64,000 nt of DNA from Oopsacas minuta (GCA_024704765.1 JAKMXF010000111.1:186001-250000), one strand, 5' to 3'. Counted from the stretch's first letter, positions 33,459 to 46,068 are shown. Translations and numbers: made by a program. Notes: a model not told the origin generated them from the letters alone.

Positions 33459-34295
33459 CTTTCACACTTGGAAACCATATGACGAACCTTTTATCACTAA
33501 GCTATTTTCTATAGTTACTCCCCGAAAGAAACCTTGGCTTCTATTCGTAATGCTATTCTTATTTCTATTGGCGTTTTTGTTTGAATTTCAACCTATTGAT
33601 TTGTAGTGATAAGTTTTTACCAAATTCATTCTGTTGATGATACAATCAGTTATATTCTGTCTTATCAGGGCAGAGGGTGATATTGTCAATTATTTAGATC
33701 AATATCGATAAATATCGTATTCAATTACGTACAGAAATCCTCTGTCGTTCGCTAGGGTTACGTTCCTGAATTTTTGACATACTTGTATATTTATCTACGA
33801 TTTCATGATACTATTTGAGGTTCAAATGCTGTCATGACCACTCCCAGGTCATTCTGGATGTTTAATCAAAGCGGCCATATAACTTTAACCCCCTGTTTTT
33901 CCAGATCAGTGTAATAACCATAGCCGTCGGGGAAGCGTAAGGAATGAATATTGATAAATTAGAAGGCAACATATTCACAGTTCCTCCACATAACTCTGTT
34001 TATCATCTATGCTACCAGGATGCTCTGAATGTGATTGCTTCCTCAAAAGTGAGATTCTGATCCTGGTTTGTTGAAAGGGTGGGGGTGAGCTTGAGCATTG
34101 GGAGAAATTTTAGAGTTGTCTGAAATCTGGGGTAATTGCCATGTGTATAATAATTCCACAGAATTCCCTTACTCACCGGACACTCAACCATCTGGCTCCT
34201 CTGCTTGATACTCCCAAATACCCAATACAATTGAATGGAGTTTTTTTACTTTTCTAATCACTCAATTCTAACCCAATATTTCAATTAGCTTTTCA

Positions 34296-36684
34296 ATGGC
34301 TTCCTTATTCCATCCAGAACTTATCAACACGATATACTACGAGTGTAGCGATGAGAGTAATTTCCTATCTAATTTCTTTCCATCTACTTTCTCTCTCTCT
34401 GGACATTCATGGCCTACAGTACTGCATTACTTTATAGCTAGGAAGTTTGGCTTGAAAGAGAAACATTTGAATGATATATTACTCATGACTGTTACTCTAG
34501 ATGTACATTTATATTCTAGAGACCCGAAGAACCAAACTGTAAGTTTGTGTCGTATACATTTCCCCGAATTAGTGAACTTAATTTGGGAATAATATAATGT
34601 GATAATGTGGGATTATTTTCATTTATCAGAGAAGTAACATTGCGATTCCATCACGGTTGCCATGGGAATGGAATTTCAATTCCAATTCTCATCCCGTTCT
34701 CACGGCAACCCTGAATTCTACTGAACTTTTTTTGGGATTCTTTATTCCTGTATTACAGGTGTGATATTTTCCCAAAGAATTCACAGTCTTGTTTCTTCTA
34801 TAAATATGCTAATTATTGATAATAGAGAACAGTATCAATTATTACAGTGGAGTTCGCCTATTAGCGAATAATATTTTGCATGAATTTCCCTGTTAATGTG
34901 CGAACACTACTGTGTGCTCTTCAATAATTTCTTATCTTAGGATGTTATTCCGAGTTGGAATTTAGAGAAGAAAGGAATAATGAAGGAGGCTTTGAAAGCT
35001 AAATTTGAACAGAATATAATTCTTAAACAGAAACTACTTGATACAGAGGGTAAAGATATAATAGAGAGAGCTGTAGATGATTCTTATTGGAGTCAATTAG
35101 CTAGTGGAACAGGTATATACGGGATATTATCATAATTTTCTAAGGCCACTGTTTATGAGAAATTGTTTCATCTCGACATGAGATCCATCTGAGTATGCAT
35201 TCATGTGGGAAGGCGGCTCATTATAATTATCTAATTATTTTGTGACATATCAGCGAGAAAATTCATTCATTCATAGAATAATTAATAAATGACTAAAGTC
35301 AAATTTGATTCAGAATATGCTAGACGAACTCTGTAGCTGAATAACATAGAGTAAATAGTGAAATAATGGCCATATTCGTGCGGTAGCCAAATCAGATGTG
35401 TGCGTTCGAGCTGAAACAACATGTTTCCAACTAACAGTGGCCTAAACGAATTTGTATTCGTATATGGGGTCCACGGGTGAAGAGGGTGAGAACCTCTGGA
35501 TTAACCAATGTCACTGCTAAAACAAAATTCATTGTATCGAATATCTAGTGATTTTATTGTAGTCTAATTTCTCCGAACTTCAATATCTCCAGGGCATAAT
35601 CATATGGGGAAGCTCTTAACTAAAGTACGCTCACAACTGAAGACACCTCCCAGACGACTCATTACCTCACAGCTGATCAAACCCAATACCGTTACTAAGC
35701 CTACCCCACGAACACCAACACATCAACCGATAACCTTAAATACTCCTCAAACAGTAATACATGAATCCAAGTATATGCCAGTAATGCAATCATCACAAAC
35801 ACCAATCAGAAATTTAACTTATAAACTAGCAAGTCAAAAATTGACATCTTCCCCAACCACAAACTCTATCATAATCCCTTGTGGAAAGTATAAAGAATTC
35901 TCACTTTTATCGATTCAACCATTTGCCCTAGAAGGACATCATTGGTGGTCTGTCCAGCATTATTATCAAACGCAGAAGTACCCGAATTGTCCTCTTGTAG
36001 TTGATCAGATATTGAAGACTGCTTCTCCGGAAGCTGCTTTCAAAATTGGTACTGATAGGAAGAATTCACATGTAAGTTTTATTGATAAATTTAAAGGTCA
36101 TTTCCCCCTCCAACAACTCGATGGCTGACTCTAAATGACGTATAACTACATACCGCACATTTAACAGGTCTTGGGGACTGCTACCTGCACTTTAATACGA
36201 ACTAACCAAATTTACACTTTACCTGTTTACATACTAATAATATTCTGGCTAACTTTTACCGGATTTTCGATATGCCATTTCCGTTATTTTTATTTAACTT
36301 TTATAAAAATCTACGTCTATATATGTAGCTGATGGTGGAAAACTGGGATTCTATCAGGGAAGGAGTAATGCTGAAAGCTTTGAGAGCTAAATTCTGTGAT
36401 GATCCTTTGAGGACTTTATTACTCAGCACTGAAAACAAAAATATTATTAACAACAATGGGAATGAGTTTTGGGGTACTGGTAAAGATGGAAATGGTAAAA
36501 TATTTGTTTTAGTTTGATTGTTTTGTGTGTTTATTTGTTTGTGTGATTGTTTTGTTGTTGTTTGTTCCTTTATTGGCTGGTTTATCATATATACATTTCT
36601 CACTTTTCTACTTTTCTAGGACAAAACAAACTTGGCAATTTGTTAATGAAAGTCCGTGATGAGATGAAAAGAACTGGATTTTGA
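34296..36684 (+). CDS. Multi-NADAR protein B: 2 tandem NADAR domains, 5 exons
   Basis: Exons 34296-34538, 34941-35112, 35593-36071, 36329-36494, 36620-36684 (TGA 36682). Motifs WPTVLHYFIARKF, MKEALKAKF, WWSVQHYYQTQKY and GQNKLGNLLMKVR. Confidence 0.8.
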
Positions 36685-36953
36685 GAATTATGAATTTTAC
36701 TTTGATATTTAGCAGACACATTTCTTAATAATTTTTCCGATATTTTCTAACTTATTTACTTTATATTTCCCATACATTATATAATATATTATTTGATAGT
36801 CCTTTAAAATGTGACTTAAAATTTTGTTTTCATATCTGATACTCTATCAAATAATTCACTTCCTCAATATTATATTTACAGATTCCTTATATATATATAG
36901 CTCAACTATAGCATAGTACAGTTTTTTGTAATACAAAACCCCATACCCTCATT

Positions 36954-37300
36954 CATAGGCGTAAAGTCTGGGGGCCGGGGGGGCTGTCCCCCCCAGTTTT
37001 TTGACAAGATTTTGTGGATTCTACTTCAATTTTGTTATCTCTTTTGTAGATTAGTCTTTGCTAATTATCTTAGGTACTGAATACTTCTAAGTATAATACT
37101 ATTCCTCTTTGTTATGGCAGAACAATGCAGCGCCGTAACTTGTTCGGACCTAAGCCATCCATTTACTTAGAGATTGCAATAGACTAATAGTAGAAAATTA
37201 TATGTTTGAGTTAGTTACGGTTAATCATGTGCTAACGTATGTTGTATTCACGCCCCGCCCCCCCAGATTTGTGACTTTTGGACAAAACTTTACGCCTATG
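36954..37300. mobile_element. Non-autonomous hAT element
   Basis: Perfect 14-bp TIR CATAGGCGTAAAGT and perfect 8-bp target-site duplication CCCTCATT (36946-36953 and 37301-37308). Confidence 0.88.
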
Positions 37301-37462
37301 CCCTCATTCCAAAAGGTGACTTTCATTAGGCTTCAAATGACCTTTCCTCGAATATAGAAAAGCTAATACACAAAAACTGTCCTATCGTATAGTTGAGCTA
37401 TGTATAAGTTATTTGATATTTTTAATGAGTTATGATTTCCTTAACTTCTAGTTATAATTAGC

Positions 37463-40400
37463 ATGGCTGAGATACATCCAGAACATAACCCTCTACTACA
37501 CGCTACTTCTGCTCCCAATTGGATGGAATCAGAATTGGATTATAATAATGCTATTTCTTTCGGTAGAACTATGCATGAATATTTTGGGTTTACTCCTTTC
37601 TCACAGGTTAGTGAAAATTATCCTACATTCCTTAAATACAGTTAAACTTGTCTATAACGGCCACAAAAGGGACTAACCAAAAGTGGCCGCTTTTAAGAGG
37701 TTGACCATTATACATTAGTAACTTTATATTAATGGTGGTGATAGAGAAGTTGGCTTTTAAGACAAGTGGCCGATATTTATGATAATATAGTGGAAGTAGT
37801 TACTGGTAGCCATACAAGGGACTTGTCAAATGTAGACCTTATGGGAGGCGACCACTATATAAAGTGGCCGTTATAGACAGGCTTAGCGTCAGTAAGGGAA
37901 AAAAAATGGTGGCCGCTGGCCGCGTTGAGCAGCTGGCACTATACAGATATCATTATAATGGGAAATCGGAGGGGACTGTTTTAGGTGGCTGCTATGTATA
38001 GGTGACTGTTATACAGAGGTGGTCCTTAAGCAGGTTTGACTGTATCGTAAAAGGTATTACCAACTCGTGTATTCTCGCATGCCACAAGCTTGAAAAGTTA
38101 ATATTAAAAGTCTAAAGTTCTTGACAAAGTTCATGGTTCATGCAATGTCAAAACTGTGAACTTTGTTCACGATCTGTCAACAATTGTTGATACTTAGGAT
38201 AAGAAGTACCGTAGTTTCACCGAAGTACAAATTTTGAATGTCGTATTAACCAGAGTAATATCAATTGAATCGTAGGGACCTTATTTTGTGGAATTTTTTG
38301 TTTGTCTTATCCGGAAATTCATATTTATCGTGTTTGTATTAATACGAACACGCTTAAGAGGTAACTCCGGATAAGGAGTACAAACCTTGGCAGCCCCCTG
38401 GTGTACGTATTAACGAGATTTCCCTGCAAGTATTTTCAAATAAAATTTGAAATTCAGGGAAAAATTAAAATCTCGGAGTTTCCAGAAAAATATCCCAGAA
38501 AAAAGTTAGAAAGTGAGTGTTAATCCATAGCAAATAGGCAAAAAGCGAATGGCCACTATATTATCGTTCTAATCTCTAGCATGCTTTTAATCTTGAAGAT
38601 GCCTACTGGCTTACAATGGAACACTACATGCAAGCGAAGAAATTTATTGGACATCCTACTAAAATAGATGACATAAAGAACATAAAAAAACCTGAAGAAA
38701 TTGCTCATTATACGAATGATCCAGAAAATTCAAGGGTGAGTTTATTAAGCTATAAAGCAAGGTTGCAACCGAATATTATCAGTATTCGGTTAGGCTACTA
38801 TTCATGAATACTGATATTCAGTTTGAGCGGTTTCAACCTTACTATAAAGATCCTTAGACATTTGTATTACAGACCGTGACGTGATGTTATATTGGAATTC
38901 CTTTGTATTTAACCATGGATGGCGAGTTTCGTATAATTTATGTTTTATACAAATCCCACCTTCAATCAAACTAGGGGTGCGTCAAAATTAGCTAGAACAA
39001 CATCCAAGCAGATAAATCTACCATCCATGGTTAAATATCTGGTATGTATAAGGGGACCATTTTCGTCATAACAACATTACCTTTTATGGAAGTAACTCTA
39101 GGTCCACATGATGTTCATCTAAACATGCTCGGCATTTCATTGTCATTTTCTCATTATTTTATGACTTATCATAATGCACAGTGGCCAATTCATGGAAATT
39201 TCAATTCCTCTACTTCAAAATTTCTAAGCGTGTTAAGTGAGGTCTGTTAAGATAGTTTCACCCGTTGGATAGTAATTATATTGTGTAGTTGAATTTCACT
39301 GAAAACTAGGTGAAGTACTGACAAATTCATACAGCAAGTAAACTGAATCTTTCCTTACATTTCCTATATCATATAGTTTATCAATGACGAATGGAACAAG
39401 CATAAGCATAAATACATGTACAGAGCGCTATATGCTAAGTTTATACAGAATGATAGTATATACGATCAGCTGATGTATACAGGAAATAAGTTCTTAATAT
39501 ATGATACTGATGAGGATAGAACATGGGGTATAGGATATGATAAATCAGGTATTGTTTGTCTGTTTGTATCAGTGTTGCCAGATTATGTACCTACAAAGTT
39601 CGTTTCATAATTTTGATAATTTTTGACAATATTCATGCTATTTTCATTATTTTTAATAAATCAATAGTTCACACCAAAGTCCATGGTTCATGTCTAGCTA
39701 TTACCAAAGCCTAAATCTATCTACTTTCCTTCGTTGTTCGTTTAATTGTCTGTCTGCTTCTATATTTACGTATTTGTTAATCTTTTTACTGTGCCGACTA
39801 CAGTAGAGTCTCCGGATAACGCACACGCTGGGGTTATCACTTCTGTCCGTTTTGGGAGACTTCACTGAAATACTAATACCTTTTGGTGAACAATTCAAAA
39901 TTCTCCTAGATTTAGCTTCCGCTTGTTAGATAGGGGCAAAGAGGACGTAGAATTTGATTTTAACATTTTTAATGTCTTTCTTTGCTAAAACGGATATTTA
40001 ATAGAAAAATATAGTTTCAATAATCCACCCAAATTAATTTGGTGAAATTTAAGTCGGCACAGACTGTGATTTGAGATTTTTCCTCCTATTTATACTTTTC
40101 TTACCATCTAGGCAAGAACTACCTAGGCCTACTACTATGCAATATCCGTACATACTTCCGTGCACACCCCAAACCATTAAGCCATTCTCCTCCACCAGAC
40201 TTTATTTACGACTTTATGAACCTTCCAGAAAACAGAATTATCATACCCAAACCCAAACCTTTGATCTCATACGAGGAAATATCAATTTCGCCTTTCCCAG
40301 AAGCAATAATCCATTTTGGCGATCATAGGAAAGATTATTATTATTTATGTAATGATTCTAATCACGGATTTGAGTTAGATGGGACAATTTGGTTAACTGT

Positions 40401-43400
40401 TACACACTATTATCTGACCAAGAAATTTGCAGGATTTCCTAATTTACAGAATACTATAGCTATGCTTGAAGATCCGATTCAAGCTAGAGAATTCGCAGCA
40501 ACTAAGAGAGAGGTTTGTTTGTATATAGTAGAGATCTGCTTATCGAACGATTTTCATTTGTCCTCTATTGAAATCTACTGTTTTGACAAATTTTTATTAG
40601 ATTTTAACCATGGATTGTAGATTTAGTATATTTTTGTGTTACGTGTATATATACAAATCTCACCCCTCAACCAAGTGAGGAGTGCCTCGAATTTTGGATT
40701 ATTATACTGGAGTGTATATCTCAGGAACAATGCACTTTTGGCAGAATGCTGAATTAGTGATTACAAAATATATAATTTGGTATATTTTGATAAAATGTTT
40801 GCTTCAATGTAATGTTGACATGTATTTATACAAATATGTAATACTTTCATTCGGCCAAAAGTGCATTGTTTCTGAGATATACACTCCAACACAATAATCC
40901 AAAACTCGTTTAACCAATCCATGGTCCAATAAAAAATACATGGTGTCCTTGCCTTAGTGTATTAGAATGCTATGCACTAGCTTATCAATAATTCTCCCTC
41001 TTCAGTTTACATTAACAGATTTTGACTGTAAGAAGGATAGTATAATGCAAAGAGCTCTATCAGCTAAATTTAGACAACAACAGTATCTATCTGATATGCT
41101 ACTTGCTACACAGCCTAGAAGACTAGTATTTGATTGTGATAAAGATGCTTATTGGGGAATAGGTCCTGATGCTAAAGGTTAGTTAAATAATTATGAAGTT
41201 CAGCAAGAACTACTTTGATTCCCGAGAATTACGTATTGAGCATTAAAAGAGGTGCATTCATGAATTAGGTAGCTGGATGTTCCATTTGATAAGAATGCAA
41301 ACACACATAGTTCACTCCCTTTACGAGAAAGTGGAGCGAGCGCTCCGTTTATGACATGTAGCGCACATCAGGAGCGCGTCTAAAATATGAAGATTTGAGC
41401 TCAATACAGTCAACTCACTTTTTTGTGAACACGAATATTTCAAAATGCCCACTTTGTATCGTAATATACAAATATGGTCCCAAAACCTTCAAAGTAACAT
41501 GTCTGCTCGGTTATTTCTATGTAATTATCGCGATCCCTTGAGCTTCGATATTATTATACTATTCACCAAATATCCCATTTCTCTACAGGAGTAAACCGTC
41601 TAGGTGTAATGCTATCTGACCTCCGTATGCGTATACAACCAGGAGGAATCTTACACAAACCTTTAGCATACAGTGATGATATCTACTTCTTCAATGCTGA
41701 TACAGACTATTTTGAATTTACCCCATACTCTATGCACAGAATACAATTAGATTATAAATACTGGCCAACTGTTAGCCATTATTTTCAAGCTCAGAAGTTC
41801 ACAGGGAAACCTGAGATAGTAACACAGATAGCAGCTTGTAATAGTGCTCAGTCTGCATGGGATATAGCACATGATGAGAAAAATATTATTGTGAGTTGTA
41901 TGTATCAAGTGGAACCGGTTTGTCGTCTACCCGTTGAAATTTCGCCGGCAGTTTGGAATTTACTAACATTTCGAGATACCTATATATAGTGGAACCTCGT
42001 TAATACGAACACAGTTGACACGAATTGCGGTAAAGACGAACGATTATTTACAGTTCCCTACAAAGTTCATTCGATTGATATTATTCCGGTTAATAATACG
42101 AATACAGCGACGAACTCAGCTTATATGGAAGTAATTATCGCGGTCCCTTGAGCTTTAGCATAACGGGAGTTGATTGTAGGTTAAAATATTTTTGCGAAAA
42201 TTATACATATTACAGTGGAACTTTGGAATTTCGGTTGCCCTTGGGACCGAAATTTATGGCCGTAATTCTGGAATATATCAATGTTAATATCTTTAGAAAC
42301 GGGACTCTGGCCGGAATATCGAGGTGGCGGTTAAGCGGGGTTCCACTATACATCACAGCAGAGGCGTAGCTAGCTTTTCCTCTTTGGGGTTGCCAGCAAC
42401 CGCCTAGCTATCCCTATGCATCACAGTCTGTCTGTCATTACTATTCTAAAATAATCAATTTCCAATTTATAGCTAATCCTCCTTCTAGCACATTCCAATG
42501 GGATTTCAGAATGCTCGTAATGAGATTATGCTTAAAGCAATGTCTGCTAAGATAGATCAGCATGAAGATGTAAGGAAGAAGCTAGAGAATACAGGCAATA
42601 GGAAATTATTATTTGCTGCACAGGATATTCATTGGGGAATAGGAAAAGATGCAAATGGTAAATATCACTTGTATAAGTAGATACTCGTTAGTATAATTAT
42701 CACCACAAGGGCTCTGTTATACGATAATGTTCGTCCTACACGATTATTAGTTGTCCAACCATGGATGGTGAATTTAGTCTTGTTGGAAGTTGTTCTAGGT
42801 CATTTCTGCGCTCATTTTGGAATTGAGTGGGTGGGCCTCTGTCGTTTATAGACGTACTAAACCCTATGGCATATGCATAGAGTATTCATTTTTTAACACA
42901 GCTAGGTATTCTAAGCGCGTCATTCAGCGGGGAATTGACGCGCTTTGAGGGAAACACAGCGCACGTAACGTAACATGGAATATAGAAATCCACTATCCAT
43001 GGTTTAATAGCTAATAATGAATAGGGGCCATTTTTATCAAAACCGACCGTCGAATTATATACTCGTCCCACAGGAGCTTCTAGCACTAGCCCAATTGTCA
43101 CTTTTGGGCCTCTTGACATTTCCTTCTAGGACATTCTACTAACTCCACTATTATATACTTATTAACCCCTTGCACAAATTTACCAGAATTTCTTGCTTTT
43201 TCACTCTATTACACCCGAAAATATATTTCCAAAATTTCCCCTGGGATATGAATTAAAATCCTGGGAGGTTTGGCGAGTACGTATGCAATTGGAACGAAAA
43301 TGTCGGTATCCAACAAAAATCCTGTCTGTGGTGTACATTCCAAGAAATTATCTATCAGCGCTGGACGCTCCTCTAGGCGTATGATTTTTGACGATATCAT

Positions 43401-46068
43401 GTTTAGGAGCTCAAATTGAGGATCTTTTTTGTATACTGTAACACTTATTTACTGACTTGGACGTATGAAAATTCAGAGGAGGAGCGTACACCGAATAACC
43501 TGTATAACTCCGTGGTTACTCTCCAATTTCAAATATATATTAGTATTATCACCCTAGCAACTATTCAAGATCTTAGGTATGCCTCTTCTAGGTAAAAATA
43601 CGATTGGTAAAATATTAATGGAAATCCGTAAGGGACTTGCAGCAGCAAAATCTAAGGAACTACCAGCTCCAATGATTCACAAGCCTTCACCAATGGCCCT
43701 TCCCACACAGACAATAGATACACCCACGGACAGTAGGAATACAATATACTTTTTCAGCGAAGCAGATCATCTATTTCCGCTCTCAAGTTTCTCAATAATT
43801 TCATTCCTGCTGAATGAATTGAAATATAAAACTTTGAGTCATTTCTTTCAATCTCAGAAATTCAAGTCTAACTCTGCAATACAAAGGAGTATTATTAATT
43901 CTATGACTCCGTTAGCTGCAGTGTCTATCGCGAAGGATAAATACGAGGTAGTGTGTAGTGATTAGGCTACTGTTAGTTGGAAACATGATCCAGCTGCACC
44001 GCCCGAATCTGATTTGTCTACCACACTAATATTGTGATTATTTCACCATTTCCTCAATGTATTCAGCTAAAAGGTGTATAAACTGGCTAGAGTACAATAG
44101 AAGTATCTTATTCATAGTCTAGCCTATTCTCATATCAAATTTGACTTCAGTAATTATAATATTTTTTATGAATGAAGTCAATGAACCAAACTTCCAGCTG
44201 ATACCGCACTAAATAATGAGATGATAATAATAAAGAACATCCCGCCCGCCCGCATGAATGTTCAGGTGTATTCAATGTAGAGCTGAAACAAGTTTCTCAT
44301 TAACAGTTGCCTAACATACAAAGAGAGAAAATAATACGGTATATATACGGCAGGGTTCCTCAAATTCTCATGGATTATCTATTACCTCACTTTTTCGTAC
44401 AGTTCCTATATGGAGACGTCTTAACGGCATGGCATAGACGATTTGCGACATCCATCCGTGCGGCTGTGCGAAATCTAGTTGTCGGATTAACATGAAAATT
44501 GGTATACATATACATTCTGGGTCGGAGATTTGCACCTCGGGTATGTATTTTTCTAAAGTGAATATTTCACACCTTTTGGTGATTAATCATATTTTCACGC
44601 CTTCCTGTGTAAATTCAAAATAATGTTAGAGATTAGGTTCCAATATGTTGTCAGTGGTGATTGGGTGCATAGGGTGAGATTTTGAGATTTTCAGAGCCTA
44701 AAAATACGAGTTCATTTATCATATGATTAATCATATTTTAACACCTTTTTGCATTTATTTCTAGTGATGCTAGAAAGTTCGTTTGAATTGTTAGTCAGGG
44801 AAAATCTATTAGGTTGATTTCAATTTTGATATTTTCACACCTTTTTTGCCGTTTTGACATATTGTAAAACTATAAATTTGTCAATTATATCCTCACTTCT
44901 CCTCAGGGGCCGGCGCCGACTATTAAAGCTTGTGTGTGTCCATCATAATGGATTGTGGGTGTCTGGACACCCAGGACGCCCACGGTGGCGTCGGCCCTGC
45001 TTCTGTATTTATTTATTACGTCATAATCCTATAGCATATTATGCCAGACTTCAACAAAAAGCGGAAAGAAATAATGGAATTAGGCTTACAGGTACGATTT
45101 AATCAAAACCCATCTCTTAAAGATTTGCTAATGAGTACAGAAGATAAGAACTTAGTATTAAATAACAAGAAGGATGAATATTGGGGAATTGGTGATGGAA
45201 CAGGTAAATAGATAAAAATTAAAATCAGGGTTAGAGTATAACCTGGGTTAAATAGGTTTAGCCTGGGCCAGTGGGTAAAACCCGATTTAAATCCGGTTTT
45301 ACTAGTTTAGCACGGGTTAATCAAACTATAGTATTACTTTTCCACCTTTTTGGAAACTCAATTTATTATTATTTAAAACATATATTTATTTGTAATGAGT
45401 GCTAAAATTCTGACAAAATAACGTCCGGTTTTAAGTCAATTGTACAATTACAGATCTTTATTTATGAAGACTTTGAATATTGTTTTACAGGTAAAAATTG
45501 TTTCGGCAAACTTTTAATGAAAATACGCGATCAATACGCTGCAATTCCTCTGCCAATATTCGACCCTAAAGCACCACTCCCCCTTACAACACTCCCAATA
45601 CTAGAAAGACATTTATATTCAGCCACAGCTACAACTCTCAGTCCTGAAACACGAGGGATTTCAAATCCTTTTTATCCTGGTATAGAAACCGCGGATTTCG
45701 CTAAAAGGCCTATGCCAATGCCTAGACATCCCAAAAGCACATTACTCGTACACCCAGAAACTGTGATAGCTGCTTCATATTGTGTAGATACAGAAAACAG
45801 TATAATAGTCGCGAAAAATTCCAAAGGCGATACGGTTTCCACGATTTGTAACACCTCAATAAAATTCCCTTGTAGTGTATGTGATGACGAAGAAAGCATC
45901 TACGTGTTATGCGCACCAAAGCTTGTGAAAATAAATAAATTCACAAATGAAAGCGTAAAAGAAGTTCCTTTGCAAATTCCACATAGTAAAATACGCGTTA
46001 CAACTGATGGTTTATCTGTAATTAATGGCGGATTAGAATCTGTTTATTCATTTGATCTTAAGAATTAG
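37463..46068 (+). CDS. Multi-NADAR protein C: 4 tandem NADAR domains + unrelated C-terminal tail, 10 exons
   Basis: Exons 37463-37606, 38580-38735, 39377-39548, 40112-40512, 41006-41177, 41589-41890, 42489-42657, 43592-43947, 45035-45203, 45491-46068, all phase-consistent. Motifs MEHYMQAKKF, VTHYYLTKKF, VSHYFQAQKF and LSHFFQSQKF, each followed by a xxWGIG and a GxNxxGxxL segment. Confidence 0.82.
37639..38042. mobile_element. TA-flanked pogo-like MITE with internal GTGGCCG repeats
   Basis: TA-CAGTTAAACTTG...CAGGTTTGACTG-TA, inside intron 1 of NADAR gene C. Confidence 0.7.
38913..39030. mobile_element. TTAA-flanked MITE (family E)
   Basis: TTAA-CCATGGATGG...CCATCCATGG-TTAA with perfect 10-bp TIR. 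A related longer copy lies at about 42757-43007. Confidence 0.75.
41407..41551. mobile_element. Family A MITE, reverse orientation, degenerate
   Basis: TA-CAGTCAACTC start; internal ATATGGTCCCAAA and TTATCGCGATCCCTTGAGCTTCGATA. Confidence 0.6.
42359..42418. mobile_element. 60-bp minimal hAT-type element
   Basis: Imperfect TIR CAGAGGCGTAGCTAG / CTAGCTATCCCTATG flanked by a perfect 8-bp duplication CATCACAG (42351-42358 and 42419-42426). Confidence 0.75.
44420..44815 (+). repeat. Interspersed repeat family B
   Basis: Homologous to 7051-7430 over about 350 bp. Confidence 0.7.

Noticed and set aside
33439-34288. Intron joining NADAR genes A and B into one 6-domain protein
   Set aside because: The donor-like site is phase 1 and the acceptor needs phase 2, no bridging exon was found, and gene A has an in-frame stop at 33456.
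28274-46068. Bacterial contamination or a prokaryotic DarT-NADAR toxin-antitoxin locus
   Set aside because: The domains are split by conserved spliceosomal introns, host MITEs sit in those introns, and no DarT-like ADP-ribosyltransferase ORF is visible nearby.
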